Shown here: in pieces, positions 12,630 to 23,294 of the stretch
Layout: every line of letters begins with the position of its first letter
Numbering within the stretch: position 1 is the first letter of the stretch
Origin: Vitrella brassicaformis CCMP3155
Lineage: Eukaryota; Protista; Chromerida
DNA length: 57,834 nucleotides
Assembly (NCBI GenBank): GCA_001179505.1
Contig: CDMY01000523.1
Coordinates: forward strand, 1-57,834
Reading direction: 5' to 3'
Program-made: the position numbers and the translations under genes
The notes under the pieces: model-generated
Database searches by the model: none
The model's input: the letters and a program-made list of their open reading frames with translations, nothing else
Told to the model about the DNA's origin: nothing

Positions 12630-13770
12630 GTGTCGGCGTGATGGGTCAGCAGTCGTGTGTGTCCATTCATTCCCTCGCCCGCCCCCCTGTGCGCATCTCT
12701 ATCACCGCCCGGCAACCCCAAAGCACCAACACCCTTCACGGGCTGACGCTCTCGCGTTCCCGAGCGGCAACAAAGATGCCCACAGGGAGAGGGGGAAGGA
12801 CACACACGAGGGAAAACCGAAACTCTCTCTCTCTCTCTCTCAGGCAGATCAGTGTGTGTGTGTGTGTCGGCCTGTCTGTCTGTGAGCCGGCCGTGTGTGA
12901 CGGATGCATCGACGAGAGATCAACACACTCTCGCGAACACCTGTCACCCACCGCCAGCTCACAGACAGACGGCCCCCGCCACCCCACACAGCGATTCCTT
13001 TGTGCAGCCAGCCAGCCAATCCTCCCTCTCTGTCTGTCTGTCTGTCTGTCTGTCTGTCATCTCTCCCCCGCCCCCCACTCATCAGCCGACACACTCATGG
13101 CAGCTGACGGCTGACGAGTGGATGCCGGAGAAGGAATGACAATGGCAGCCAGACCGACCGACACGCAAAGCCCCACAACACAAAACACTCTCATAAACAC
13201 GACAGCCGTCAGTCCATCGATGAAGTCCACGCGGCAGAGAGACAGACAGTCAGTTCACTCATATCAGCTCGTCGACTCATCGGCCGATCTATCTCCCTCC
13301 AGCACATATCATCGCCGTCAGCCACCTGCAGCCGCTCAGATGACACACGCCACACAGAGAGAGGAGACATCTGTGCGTGTGAGTCCCGCCTGTCCCGCTG
13401 TGTGTGTGCCCATCTGTCTCTGCGTACCAGTTGGTGGAGTGCCCTCACTCCTTCGTCACACCGCTGCACTCACACACCGCACGACGTCTGCAGCACACCA
13501 CTCACAGATCCAGGCACCAACCGTCCAGACAGCACATGCATCATTTCGGCGTGTCACGCGCCCGCCGTGTGCATGACGTCCACCTGTGCCGCCAGCAGCC
13601 GCCTGTGTGCCGACAGAGAGGGGACAGCTGACAGATCTCGTGCAGTGGGCCGTGAGCAAGGCTGACAAGGAGCCAATTGGCAGACCCGGGGTGGGGCAGG
13701 GCGCCGACAAAGGGGCGAGCCGGAGGGTTTGAGGGGTTATAGGGTGGGGTTTCTTGCCCTGAACCCTACC
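12630..13770. repeat. Modular dispersed-repeat cluster 4
   Basis: About 12650-13290 repeats modules from 715-1170 and 120-225. About 13620-13770 repeats the GACAGATCTCGTGCAGTGGG module and the telomere-like motif. Confidence 0.85.
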
Positions 13771-14068
13771 TGTGTTGACGTGTTGGCGGCCGTCCGTGTG
13801 CCTTTCGGACAGCTGTGCGTTGGGAGTGCGGCGCATTCGGCTGAGAGAGCGGCTTAGCGAATCAGTGGAGCCATCCGTCACACCGCCGCCCTGTCGACTG
13901 GTGTGGTGGCATGGCGGGCCGCTGAGCTGACAGACAGCAAAGGTGAGAGGGAGGCCACACACTCACTGACCCTTTCAGTCACCTCAATGCGTTGACCTTC
14001 TTTGTCTGTGTGCATCTCTCTGTGTGTGTTGTCGGCTCATCAGTCACTGCAGCCGTGTTGGTTCGTTG

Positions 14069-15398
14069 ATGGCGGCCTCCCCATCTGCCGCTGCTGCTGC
14101 CGCTGCTGCTGCTGGTAGCTCATCGTCGGCCAACAAGACGCCATGTGGTCAGTCAGTGAGCCGCCACATCCATCCATCCAGTGAAGGCATGTTTGATCTC
14201 TGTCTGTGTGTCTGTGTGGGTGCAGGTCACCAGTTCCACTGGCAGTGCATCAACAATCGCAAGTACGGCCTCCCTGGCGGAGCATCGCCATCGACAACAG
14301 TGTCGGCCAAGTGCAGCGGCCGATGTGGGAAGGAGAACAGTGGCAGCGTACTCAGAGTGGACGGTGAGCAGCACACCATTTGACGGACAGGCTAAGGCAT
14401 CTGGTGTGGTGGTGTGCCCTCTGTGTCCCTTCAGGCCATTCGGTGTGTGCAGAGGTGAGCATCCAGGACGATCTCTGTGTGTGAGTGTGGCGATGGACGG
14501 CGGTGGAGCCAGTCACTCATCTGTGTGTCCTCTCTCTCCTTCAGTGTGTGGTGCAGCGCATTAGATACGGACACCCCGGCGACATCTGCCCCATCTGCAG
14601 GTAAACACTCACACACAGACACAGACACACACACACACACCCCTGTATGGCCCTCCCCTCTGTGTGTGTGTGTTGGTGTAGGGCCGCCTTCGCGTGGGCG
14701 CATGGCCCTCGGGGTGTGTCATTCGTCGCTGGCCGTCCCTGCTGGCCCATTGGCAGCTCCGTCGGCCTGTCGTATGTGGCGCACATCGCCAAGTGGCTGG
14801 GGGGCCACACATCACTGACACTCATTTACAGGTACACACACAGACAAACGCACACACACACACACACATATGGCCTTCTGCTGTGTCACTGATGTGTGTG
14901 TGCATCAGGGCGTCGCGTGACGGCACCACTTACGGCGATCTGCTGCGGTGTGTCGGCGACAAGACCGGCCTGGCCTTCATCATCCGCAAGAACCAGTACG
15001 TTTTCGGCGCCTTCATTAGTGCCGGTCTGGAGCTGCCCGACGACCCCACCGACATCAACTGGTACGAGTGTGACGTGTGGTATTTCTCGCTGGCCGGCCA
15101 CTTCCCTAAGCCCACCAAGATAGACGTCGACCGACCGGTGCAGTATGTGATAGTGGCGGAAAGGGGGCGCAGTGCGTGGGGTGCGAATGTGGTGTTCGGT
15201 GGGGACCTGTTGTTGGGTGACGGCCGTGGCAATGGCAGCCCGGCTGCCGACATCCGCAGCTGTGCACAGCTCACCGACAGGGACCTTTTGACTGCGGGCT
15301 ATGTGGGGGAGAGGAATAGCGATGGCCATGCTCTGCTGGGCGGCTCGGTCTGTTTTCATGCCGATGAGTTAGAGGTGCTGCACGTGGGCGGGCAGTGA
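14069..15398 (+). CDS. RING-finger plus TLDc domain protein, 6 exons, about 310 aa
   Basis: Exons 14069-14147, 14226-14363, 14435-14454 (20-nt microexon), 14545-14600, 14682-14831, 14909-15398 total 933 nt and are in phase. Motifs: PCGHQFHWQCI; CSGRC...VDGHSVCAEC...CPICR; LIYRASRDG...YVFGAF...FHADELEVL (TLDc). Confidence 0.82.
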
Positions 15399-16169
15399 GT
15401 GTCTGTTTGGGGTGCATCCGCTTCTCGACGCGGGCGGGGCATGAGGGCGGCAGGTCAGTGACAGAGGGAGGGGGAGGATGTGTGTGTGTGTGTGTGAGGT
15501 GCCTGTCTTATGATTGCTGTCTTCTCCCCATCCCACGCTGCACAGACATTCCCATGGACAGGAGGGCTCTTCGGATGTCTTTGTGTGTCTATGCCGCACG
15601 ACCTGTCTGTGTGCACAGCTTCCTATGTATCCCTTCCATCGCCTCTGAGGCCCAAAGAGACTGACTCACTGATATCATCGACTCAATGTACCCGCTGTGT
15701 TGATCTCTCTGTCTGTCTGTGTGTGTGTCCCCAGCTGATGGCCCCGCCACACTCTCTGACTCCCTCTCCGTCCGTATGCCCCGCACAGACAGACCGACAG
15801 AAACAGTCGACACAGACAGACCGAAACGAATCCAAACAAACCCCAAGACGGCCACACACACGGCCAGCCAAGCAGATCACACAGACAGACAACCAGTGGA
15901 TGTCTCTCTCTGTGTCGTTCTCTGTCTCACACACACAGACACACATGAGATCGTTCCTCTGTCCGCCATTGGCCATTTCTCAGCCGGCGACGGTTTAGCC
16001 ACTGATGTGAGACCGATGCAGTGCAATGGGGCCGCCTTAGTTATGGCGCTGCTGGACGGCCGGATGGGCCAAATTGTGGGCGTCAGTCAGGGGAGCGCAT
16101 TGACTGTCATAATGACTTGGCCGGCAATGGTATAGTCTGCACACCGACGAGTGGCCTGGCCATTCCGTT

Positions 16170-16325
16170 GTGTGTGTGTGTGTGTGAGTGTGTGTCTGTC
16201 AGCCGCTCGATGGCCACCGCACACAGAGAGTGACGATCAACACTCACTGTGTAAGGTGTCCATCAGTGAGCACACAGTCAGCACAGCGACACACGAATAT
16301 CACATCACAGCAGCACCAAACCCGA
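16170..16325. repeat. Isolated copy of a dispersed-repeat module
   Basis: GTCAGCCGCTCGAT...ATCAACACTCACTGTG...GCAGCACCAAAC is shared with about 6100-6220 and about 9940-10050. Confidence 0.7.
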
Positions 16326-16426
16326 CACCACGGAAAGAAATGAAAGACGCCCAAAAAACTGAGTCAGTCGAAAATTAACGACGGCAGGCAACGTGTGTAG
16401 CGAGTGCTCTACTGACTGCCGGTCAG

Positions 16427-17469
16427 TCAGTCGACGGAGCTCAGACCGGCTGCTGCTGCCGGGCCCTGCCGCAGCCGCAGCCGCAAAGTCTCTGCGACAA
16501 CTGGGGCCGCTCCCATCACCACTGCTTGTATCATCCTCGGCTCTGGTGGTGACAGGGGCGCGTCCGTGTCGTCATTGACGCCACGGGGAGGCATCCGGTC
16601 ATCTAAACGATCAGACAGCACGAGTGAGTCGACCATGAGCCACAGACATACAGGCCAGTCATGGCAGGCTTTTACCTGCAGCAGCCGTGACTGCTGGGCA
16701 AGACCGACTCCGGCAAAGCGATGACCTTGGCGGAAGAGGGAGGTCCACCTGCACAGTTTTTGTCACCTGCTGCGCTGCTTCCGGACGGGAGGTCACTTCC
16801 GCAGCTGCCGGATGGGCGGTCACTTCTGGAGCTGAAAGTAAGTAGAGCAACGAAAGCCCCACGTGTGCACATCCCTCTCTCTCTGTCTGTGTGTGTTGTG
16901 TGTCGTCCTTGCGCACCCGTCTGATTCGCCCGAGTGAATTCCTAGATGACGTACTCCGCCCTGAAGAGCATCTCCTGGCACTCTTGCAAGCGGCCGCGGA
17001 GGAATTCGTGGTCCTCTGACCAGAAGTTGTATCCTATCTGTTGAACCCCGTTGTCCGGATTCTTCTCCAAGCGGACGCGGGATTTCTCCTCGTATACCGC
17101 AACTCTGGCAAGCTCCTGCTCCAGGTGTGGGATATCCTCTCTGAGCCGCTTGGCCGACTCTGTGGCCTCCTGCAGCGTGCTCCACTTGAAGCTTGCTCTC
17201 CACTCCCACCTGTCAAGGTCTCCGATGAGTCCCGTGTGAATGAGCAGTGGCAGCCAGAGATGGCGATGCAGCCACTTCATTCATTCAGCAGGTCGTCGGT
17301 CGACGGGCATTTGCACACACACAGACACAAGGGAGAGATGTGATGGCTACACAGATGCAGGCAACAGACAGGCCGCAGTGCTCACCCTCCTTCCTTCGGC
17401 AAACAGACAGACGATGACCACACCGATGACACACAGACAACACAGCCACTTGAGCAAGTCAACCATCAT
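16427..17469 (-). CDS. Hypothetical protein; exon structure unresolved
   Basis: Protein-like ORF at 16942-17280 (STLQEATESAKRLREDIPHLEQELARV...). Hydrophobic signal-like start MVDLLKWLCCLCVIGVVIVCLFA at about 17466 with a GTGAG donor at 17385. Further minus-strand GT/AG-bounded segments at about 16676-16832 and 16427-16595; I could not phase all of them. Confidence 0.4.
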
Positions 17470-18010
17470 CTGACAGACAGACAGGCACACACAGACAAAC
17501 AGACAAACAGACAAACAGACAAACAGACAAACAGACAAACAGGCACAGGACGTGTACGTGTGAATCTGATGCAACCGTGTGATTCAGTGCTGCCTGTTTC
17601 CTCCTACACACCTCTGCTGGCAAGTAGCTTCAGAGATCACACCAATTGGATCACACCTTCACGGGATGAATCAGCGCGCGAGGAAACGGCGGGCGGCGAA
17701 GGCAATGAGCACAACAAGGGCCAGAGGGGCTGTCGAAGCCCTCCGGGAAGAAACGGGATCTCAAACGCTGCGAGCTCAGCTTGCATCAGGACAGGAGAGG
17801 AGAGATCTCAACCTCGAGGCGGCGTACACAGGAGTGGGCACCAGCACAAGCCTTCTGATCGTCGCCTGACTGAAAAGGAGAGAGATTGGAAGGATCTGTG
17901 TTTGTTCCGTTGCGGCGCATCTCCGACGTGGGGTGCTCTGCTCTCGTCGAGGGTGCTGCCGTCGCCTCCTCGGTGTCTGCTGTCGTCCTTCTGCTGCGAT
18001 GAGTGGTGTT

Positions 18011-20157
18011 ATGGAGCCGTCTGTGAGTGTGCGGTTCGCTGGCGATGGGGAGGGCGACGCGCCGCTCGTCATAAAGGAGGGCGTCATACGGCAATTTAGA
18101 TACTTGACTACGGTGATAGCACACACGGCAGAGATGACAGACACGCGACATGCATACAATGTGTGTCGTCTGCGTGTGGGTGCAGGTGATGGACGGCGAG
18201 TTTCAGGAGGGCCAGGAGCGTCAGGTGTGCATCGAGAAAATCAGCCGGCCCATCGGTGAGGTGGTGCTGCAGCAGGAGGTGGACATCGTCAATTCGCTGA
18301 CCAAGGACATTTTGCTGGATGCGTTGATCGCTCTCGACTACCTGCACTTCAACACGGACCAGATCTTCACGACCGGCAGCAACAAGAGCCTCCTGTGGCG
18401 CATCCATCGCAAGGTGAGCAATGGGGAACAGAGAAACGAGGACGGTCAAAGAACTCTGTACGTCACTTCTTTGTTGATGCACCTTGTCGTGTGTCAGGTT
18501 GTGATTGAGGGATGGCTTGCCGACCACTAGCTGGCCACATGTCTGCTGGACAGCTTCGCCCGCTACCCATTCATCGCCCGATTCGTCCACTGCCACCCCG
18601 ACATTTGCGCAGCGGTCCGTCCATTCCTGCGCAAGAATCCTGACGTCATCCGTGACCAGTGGCGGCGACGCGAGAGCGGCGAGGCCGTGGATGACGCCGT
18701 CAAGGCAGTGGTGAGTCTAGTGGCCAGCCTGGGAGACGCCATGTCGTATGATCCAGTCGACGTGTCGCGTCAAGAACTGGCCCGATTCATGACGAATGCG
18801 ACGGGCTCAACGTCACTGTCGGCTGCACATGGTAGGGAACAACAGAGGACTAAACAGGAAGGGGCTGCCGTCACTCACTACTTGTCTGTGGTCGGTGTGT
18901 TGTTGCGCTGTCTATCTCAGCGGCCATTTTCGAGTCCGACGAATTCTCATCTTGTTCTACGGCGACGGTGCGGCCATTTGCCGACGAGCAGGGGGGAACT
19001 GTCGAATGTATAGGCTTCGCTGTCAACGTGGCGGGTCTTCCCCCTCCCTACGCCCCTCACACAGGCAGCGATCTGCCAGCCAATGCCATCCGCGACGGCG
19101 ATGCGAAGCTGACGGAGGTGGCGGGCTGGCATGTCAAGTTCGACCCACTCGGTGGAAGGCGAGCTGAGGGGGAGTCTTTCGTGTCATGCTATGCGCCTGA
19201 TGGCTCTCTGGAGGTGGCTCATCCTCACGGCGATTCCGACGCCACACGCCCCGCGATCCGGCTGCATGAGAGCCTGACGCTGATGGACATGTACGAGATC
19301 CGCATGGGCGAGGAGGCATCGGCTGGCGCCTCGGTTAGGTCGTTTGGCTCAAAGCTACTGGGACAGCGCACATGGATTTCTGTCAACGTCCGCATTATTG
19401 GTGCCGATGCGCTGGCGAAGCAGGGGCTGGTGGACATCCGTCTCAAGGATGTCGTGCTGCAGATGACGGTTCGCCACTTTCCGCTGCGTGTTCTGGCTCT
19501 GCATTATCTGCGGATGTGTGTCATCGAGGGCTGCTATGAGGATATCTCCCGGATGGCCAAGTGAGTGGGCAGATGACCACCTGCTCACAAAAAATGCGTG
19601 TTCTTCTCTCTCTCTCTCTCTCTCTCTGTGATCGTCTGTGTGTGTGCAGGTCGCTCATCGTGAGGTTGCCAAGTACCTGGTCGGCGACATGGCTCTCACG
19701 CGATTTCACCGCCTTCCACTGATGCTGTATTGGGCGGCGGCCATCGACGGCCTCTCTGGGCAAGCTGTTGACTACATCATATCCGGCCTCGAGTCTCACT
19801 TTGACATCAGCGATGTGCTCAGCAGTCCTTCCAGTGGTGCCCCTCCTCCCGTCAGCCATCCAGACGGCCTTCAGGAATGCCCTCAAGGAGGCGGTCGACG
19901 ATCAGAATGACGACGAAGAAGCCTTTGACTACCTCTACAAGCAATTCATCGACAGAGAGACCAGGCGCATTAAGAAGGTCAGTCAGCCACCCTGCCGCAG
20001 CCAAACTCACCTGTCCTTCCCCCACGTATGCCGGCCCCTCTGTCGGTCCGTCTGTGTCTATGTGACTTTGCTGTGTGTGCAGGAGGCGGCCGAGCGGCAT
20101 CGTCTGGAAGCCGAGAATGAGCGACTCCGGGAGGAGATCGCCACACTCAAGAGCCAG
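18011..20157 (+). pseudogene. Pseudogene paralog of the BTB gene at 2742-5012
   Basis: Same exon structure and clear protein similarity. In-frame TAG at 18528-18530 (CAG in the paralog), a 1-nt deletion just after the acceptor near 19650, and a 1-nt insertion near 19820. Confidence 0.85.
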
Positions 20158-21073
20158 GTACAGAAATCAGACACACAGAAGAGCCAGCCACTTTTGATCC
20201 TGATGCATGTGATTCGTTCAGGAGTGCCGTGGCGCGGATGGCCAGGGAGAGCACTATCCGAATGCATCGCTCATGCGGCGGGATGGTGCTACACCAGTCT
20301 GTATGGATTTCGAGGTCAGTAAGCCAGCGAGATGCAAGCAACGCTGAAGGAAGATGATGTCAGATCCCACTTTTGACGATGATGCATCTGCAGGACTTTC
20401 AGAGGCTTGCCCGTGATGGCGTATGCCCGCCGCCTCTCATCCGGCAGCCAATCATCGCTCGAGAGGCAGGCCAGGAAGAACAGCCGCACTGAGCAGCCCC
20501 TGTGTGAGAGCAATTGGGACGTGACTGCCTGACTCGCTGCCCGCTGAGTGACACGACACGCCGGAGTGGGTCATATGACCACCCCTCCTCTATCTCTATC
20601 TCACCGTGAGACTCTGTCTTCGGTGTTGTGTGTATACGTTTGTCTGTCTGTATCGATCCCTCCGCTGGCACATGCGGTGGATGATCGACCAATGTGTTCA
20701 TACGTGCGTGGCGCGCGGCTGTGCATGCGCCGATGGATGGATGGATGGTGGTCTGATCCCTTCTGACAGTGCCTGCCTGCCCGATAGATAAGGCACAGAC
20801 AGGGATTTGGTGCTCGCCGTCCTCCATCCTATCCCCCTGCGACACTCTCTGTATCTCGCCCATGGCATGGGATGGATGGCCGACAGTTTTGAAGACTCTC
20901 TCTCTCTCTTTTCTGCGTATGTGAACGTGTGTGTGCATACGAACGTCGTTCATCTCAATGGAATGTCAGTCATGATGAACACAAAGAACATCAGAGCGAC
21001 ACACATGCATCCGGGCCATAGAGACACATACAAGACAGCCAACGATACATGACAGACAGACAGACAGACAGCT

Positions 21074-21688
21074 TCATCCGCCCTCTTGCTCCTGCCGCAA
21101 AGCCACCCTGCCCTGCTCTCCCACCTCCTCCCCATCCCCCCCTCCCTCTCCCTCTCCCTCGTGTGAGGCCTCCTGCCAGGCCCACGCAACACCCACCAAC
21201 GACGACCGCTCACCGTCACCACCATCGTCACCAGCAGTATCGCTCGAGGCCAGCAAATCGGCCGTGCTGCTGGCCGTGTCGGCCATCCGCCGACGCCTCT
21301 CGTCTGCCAGCGATGCCGCGACGTCAGCAGATATGTTGAGCTGCGGCCGATGTACTGCGGAAAGCGCCAGTCGGAAGAGCAGCCAATCCGGGAGATCCGA
21401 CTTCTGCTGCAGAAGCTGACACGAACACAGAGACAGGCGGCAACAATGCAGTCTCAATGCACGCCACATATGCTTCGTGGGTCTCCCTCCCCCTCACTCA
21501 CCGACCTGCTGTTCGCATCTTCGTGACAGCGGGTCACACAGCCGCCGCACAGAGGAGCAGTCGGCCAGACCGACCCCTCCAGACCGACACTGACCGACCT
21601 TTGCCGCCTCGAATGCGCGGTGTCGCCGCCAGCCTGCCGCTGCTGCACCGTTGACCCATCTGCACACACACACAGACACAGACACAGA

Positions 21689-21724
<36 letters not shown>

Positions 21725-21781
21725 CTCTTGCTCTACGTTAGTTACTGCTCGGTCCATCCCCTCCCTCTCCGCCTCAGCCAT
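21074..21781 (-). CDS. Hypothetical protein (2-4 exons)
   Basis: The last exon after a GTGTCAG acceptor reads LLQQKSDLPDWLLFRLALS...RQEQEGG* (ends 21074). A microsatellite intron with minus-strand polarity lies at about 21660-21725. Start and middle exons are uncertain. Confidence 0.4.
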
Positions 21782-21955
21782 TTCAGCAATACAGACATAG
21801 CCACTGCACCACACACTCTGGAACAGGGCTGCATCTTGGTATCTCAGTGTGACCATAAGAACCGATTCAGCCCGGTCAAATCACGCTTAGTCTGTCATGC
21901 AGAAAGACGGTCTCTCTGTCTCAAGTCAGTCAGTCATGACAAGGCACGCACACCG

Positions 21956-23107
21956 CTAAGTGTCGCCTCCTTTTTGCGCCTTCCTTGATGCCTCATGCCG
22001 TTCTGCCGCAGTGTCACGGCCCCCTCCCTGTTGCTGTCTGTCTGCCATTGCCGCTGCTTCTCGCAGCTCGTCCAACGACCACCTGACAGACAAACGGATA
22101 GATACAGGGCCCACACACAGACACACATACACATGACTGTCTGTTGTCTTAGATGTTGTGTGCTGTATCGTGACGCCCACCATTCAATGTATCCGGCGTC
22201 GGCCATGGGCCTCATGTCTTTCCGCCTCTCCCTCTCGCGCACCATCAGCGAGTCCTCCTCAGCGTATCGCTCGGCGTCGCTCTCCGCCACTGGTTGCTGA
22301 CCTGACTCAGTCTCCTCATCAACGTCGTCGCTGAAGTCGAATACGAGCTCTTCGCCACTCAACGCGCCCCTTCCCTCCCGCTCCTCGATATCCTCAAGCA
22401 CGCTGTTCATCATTTCCACCTGCGCACCCACATCAACCTACACACACACACACACACACGCAACACCAATGCCACACGGATCATCAACGGCCAGTGCTAT
22501 TGATTGATGCGTTTGTTGACTGACTACTCACTCTCTGACCAGCTCGAATTTGAGGAAAGGGATGGCTTTGCGCCTCCTCATTCGCTGCGCCATGGCCCAC
22601 CGGATGCCCTTGACGTTCCGCTGCAGCCACGCGAACCCCTGCCGCTTGTCGAAGGTGTCACCCATTATCGACACATAGACAGTGGCGTGCCGCAGGTCCC
22701 TGGCAACCGTCACATCGACGATAGACGTGCCCGAGAGCACCGCCTCGTCCGCAAAGCCCGCCCTCGAAGGCCCGCCACGCAGAAAGATGTCAGACAAGGA
22801 ATCCATTATGTCGCGGCCAAGCCGACCTGCATTCACGACACACCAACACTCAAGAATGATGGATGTCAGCTGACTTACCCTGCATGATTTGAAGGCGTTT
22901 GGGGTCCAGCAGGCCTCGCCCTCGCGCATTCAGCCTCGTCAGAAGATTCATCTTGCTGCTGCGCCGCCCACCGTTGGGCATAGCGGTGATGAAAGCGTCA
23001 CGCCACAGAAAGCTCCTCGGTGCGTCGAGCATGCGGCCGAGAGCCTCCCGGAGCACCGTTGACAGCAATGCGATGCCGAGCTGGAGGCCGATGAAAGAAG
23101 ACCGCAT
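21956..23107 (-). CDS. rbfA: Ribosome-binding factor A, probably plastid-targeted, 4 exons, about 299 aa
   Basis: Exons 23107-22879, 22826-22540, 22437-22181, 22082-21956 total 900 nt and are in phase. The core RLGRDIMDSLSDIFLRG...IVDVTVARDLRHATVYVSIMGD...IRWAMAQRMRRRKAIPFLKFELVD matches the RbfA KH-like fold. The N-terminal MRSSFIGLQLGIALLSTVL plus a basic segment resembles a bipartite signal and transit peptide. Confidence 0.88.
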
Positions 23108-23294
23108 CACGCGCGCAGATCTGGGGCAGATCTGACTTTGCAGGGATAGATGAAGGTTCCAAGGACCTCGGCAAAGGGGAGGAAAGGAAGAAGCGCCACT
23201 CAGTGGTCTCCAAGCTCGCACTTGCCGATCCCTGCCTTTTCCCTCGCCGCTCGGATGCGGCTTGCGTATCCCCTCCGCGTGCCTGAGTCGTTGG
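23108..23294. promoter_or_regulatory. Putative bidirectional promoter between rbfA (-) and the hypothetical gene (+)
   Basis: Divergent ATGs at 23107 and 23295 are only 187 bp apart. Confidence 0.55.

Noticed and set aside
17491-17542. (CAAACAGA)n octamer array and short tandem duplications at about 16785-16835 and 45445-45485
   Set aside because: Ordinary micro/minisatellites; there are no unique spacers, so this is not CRISPR-like.
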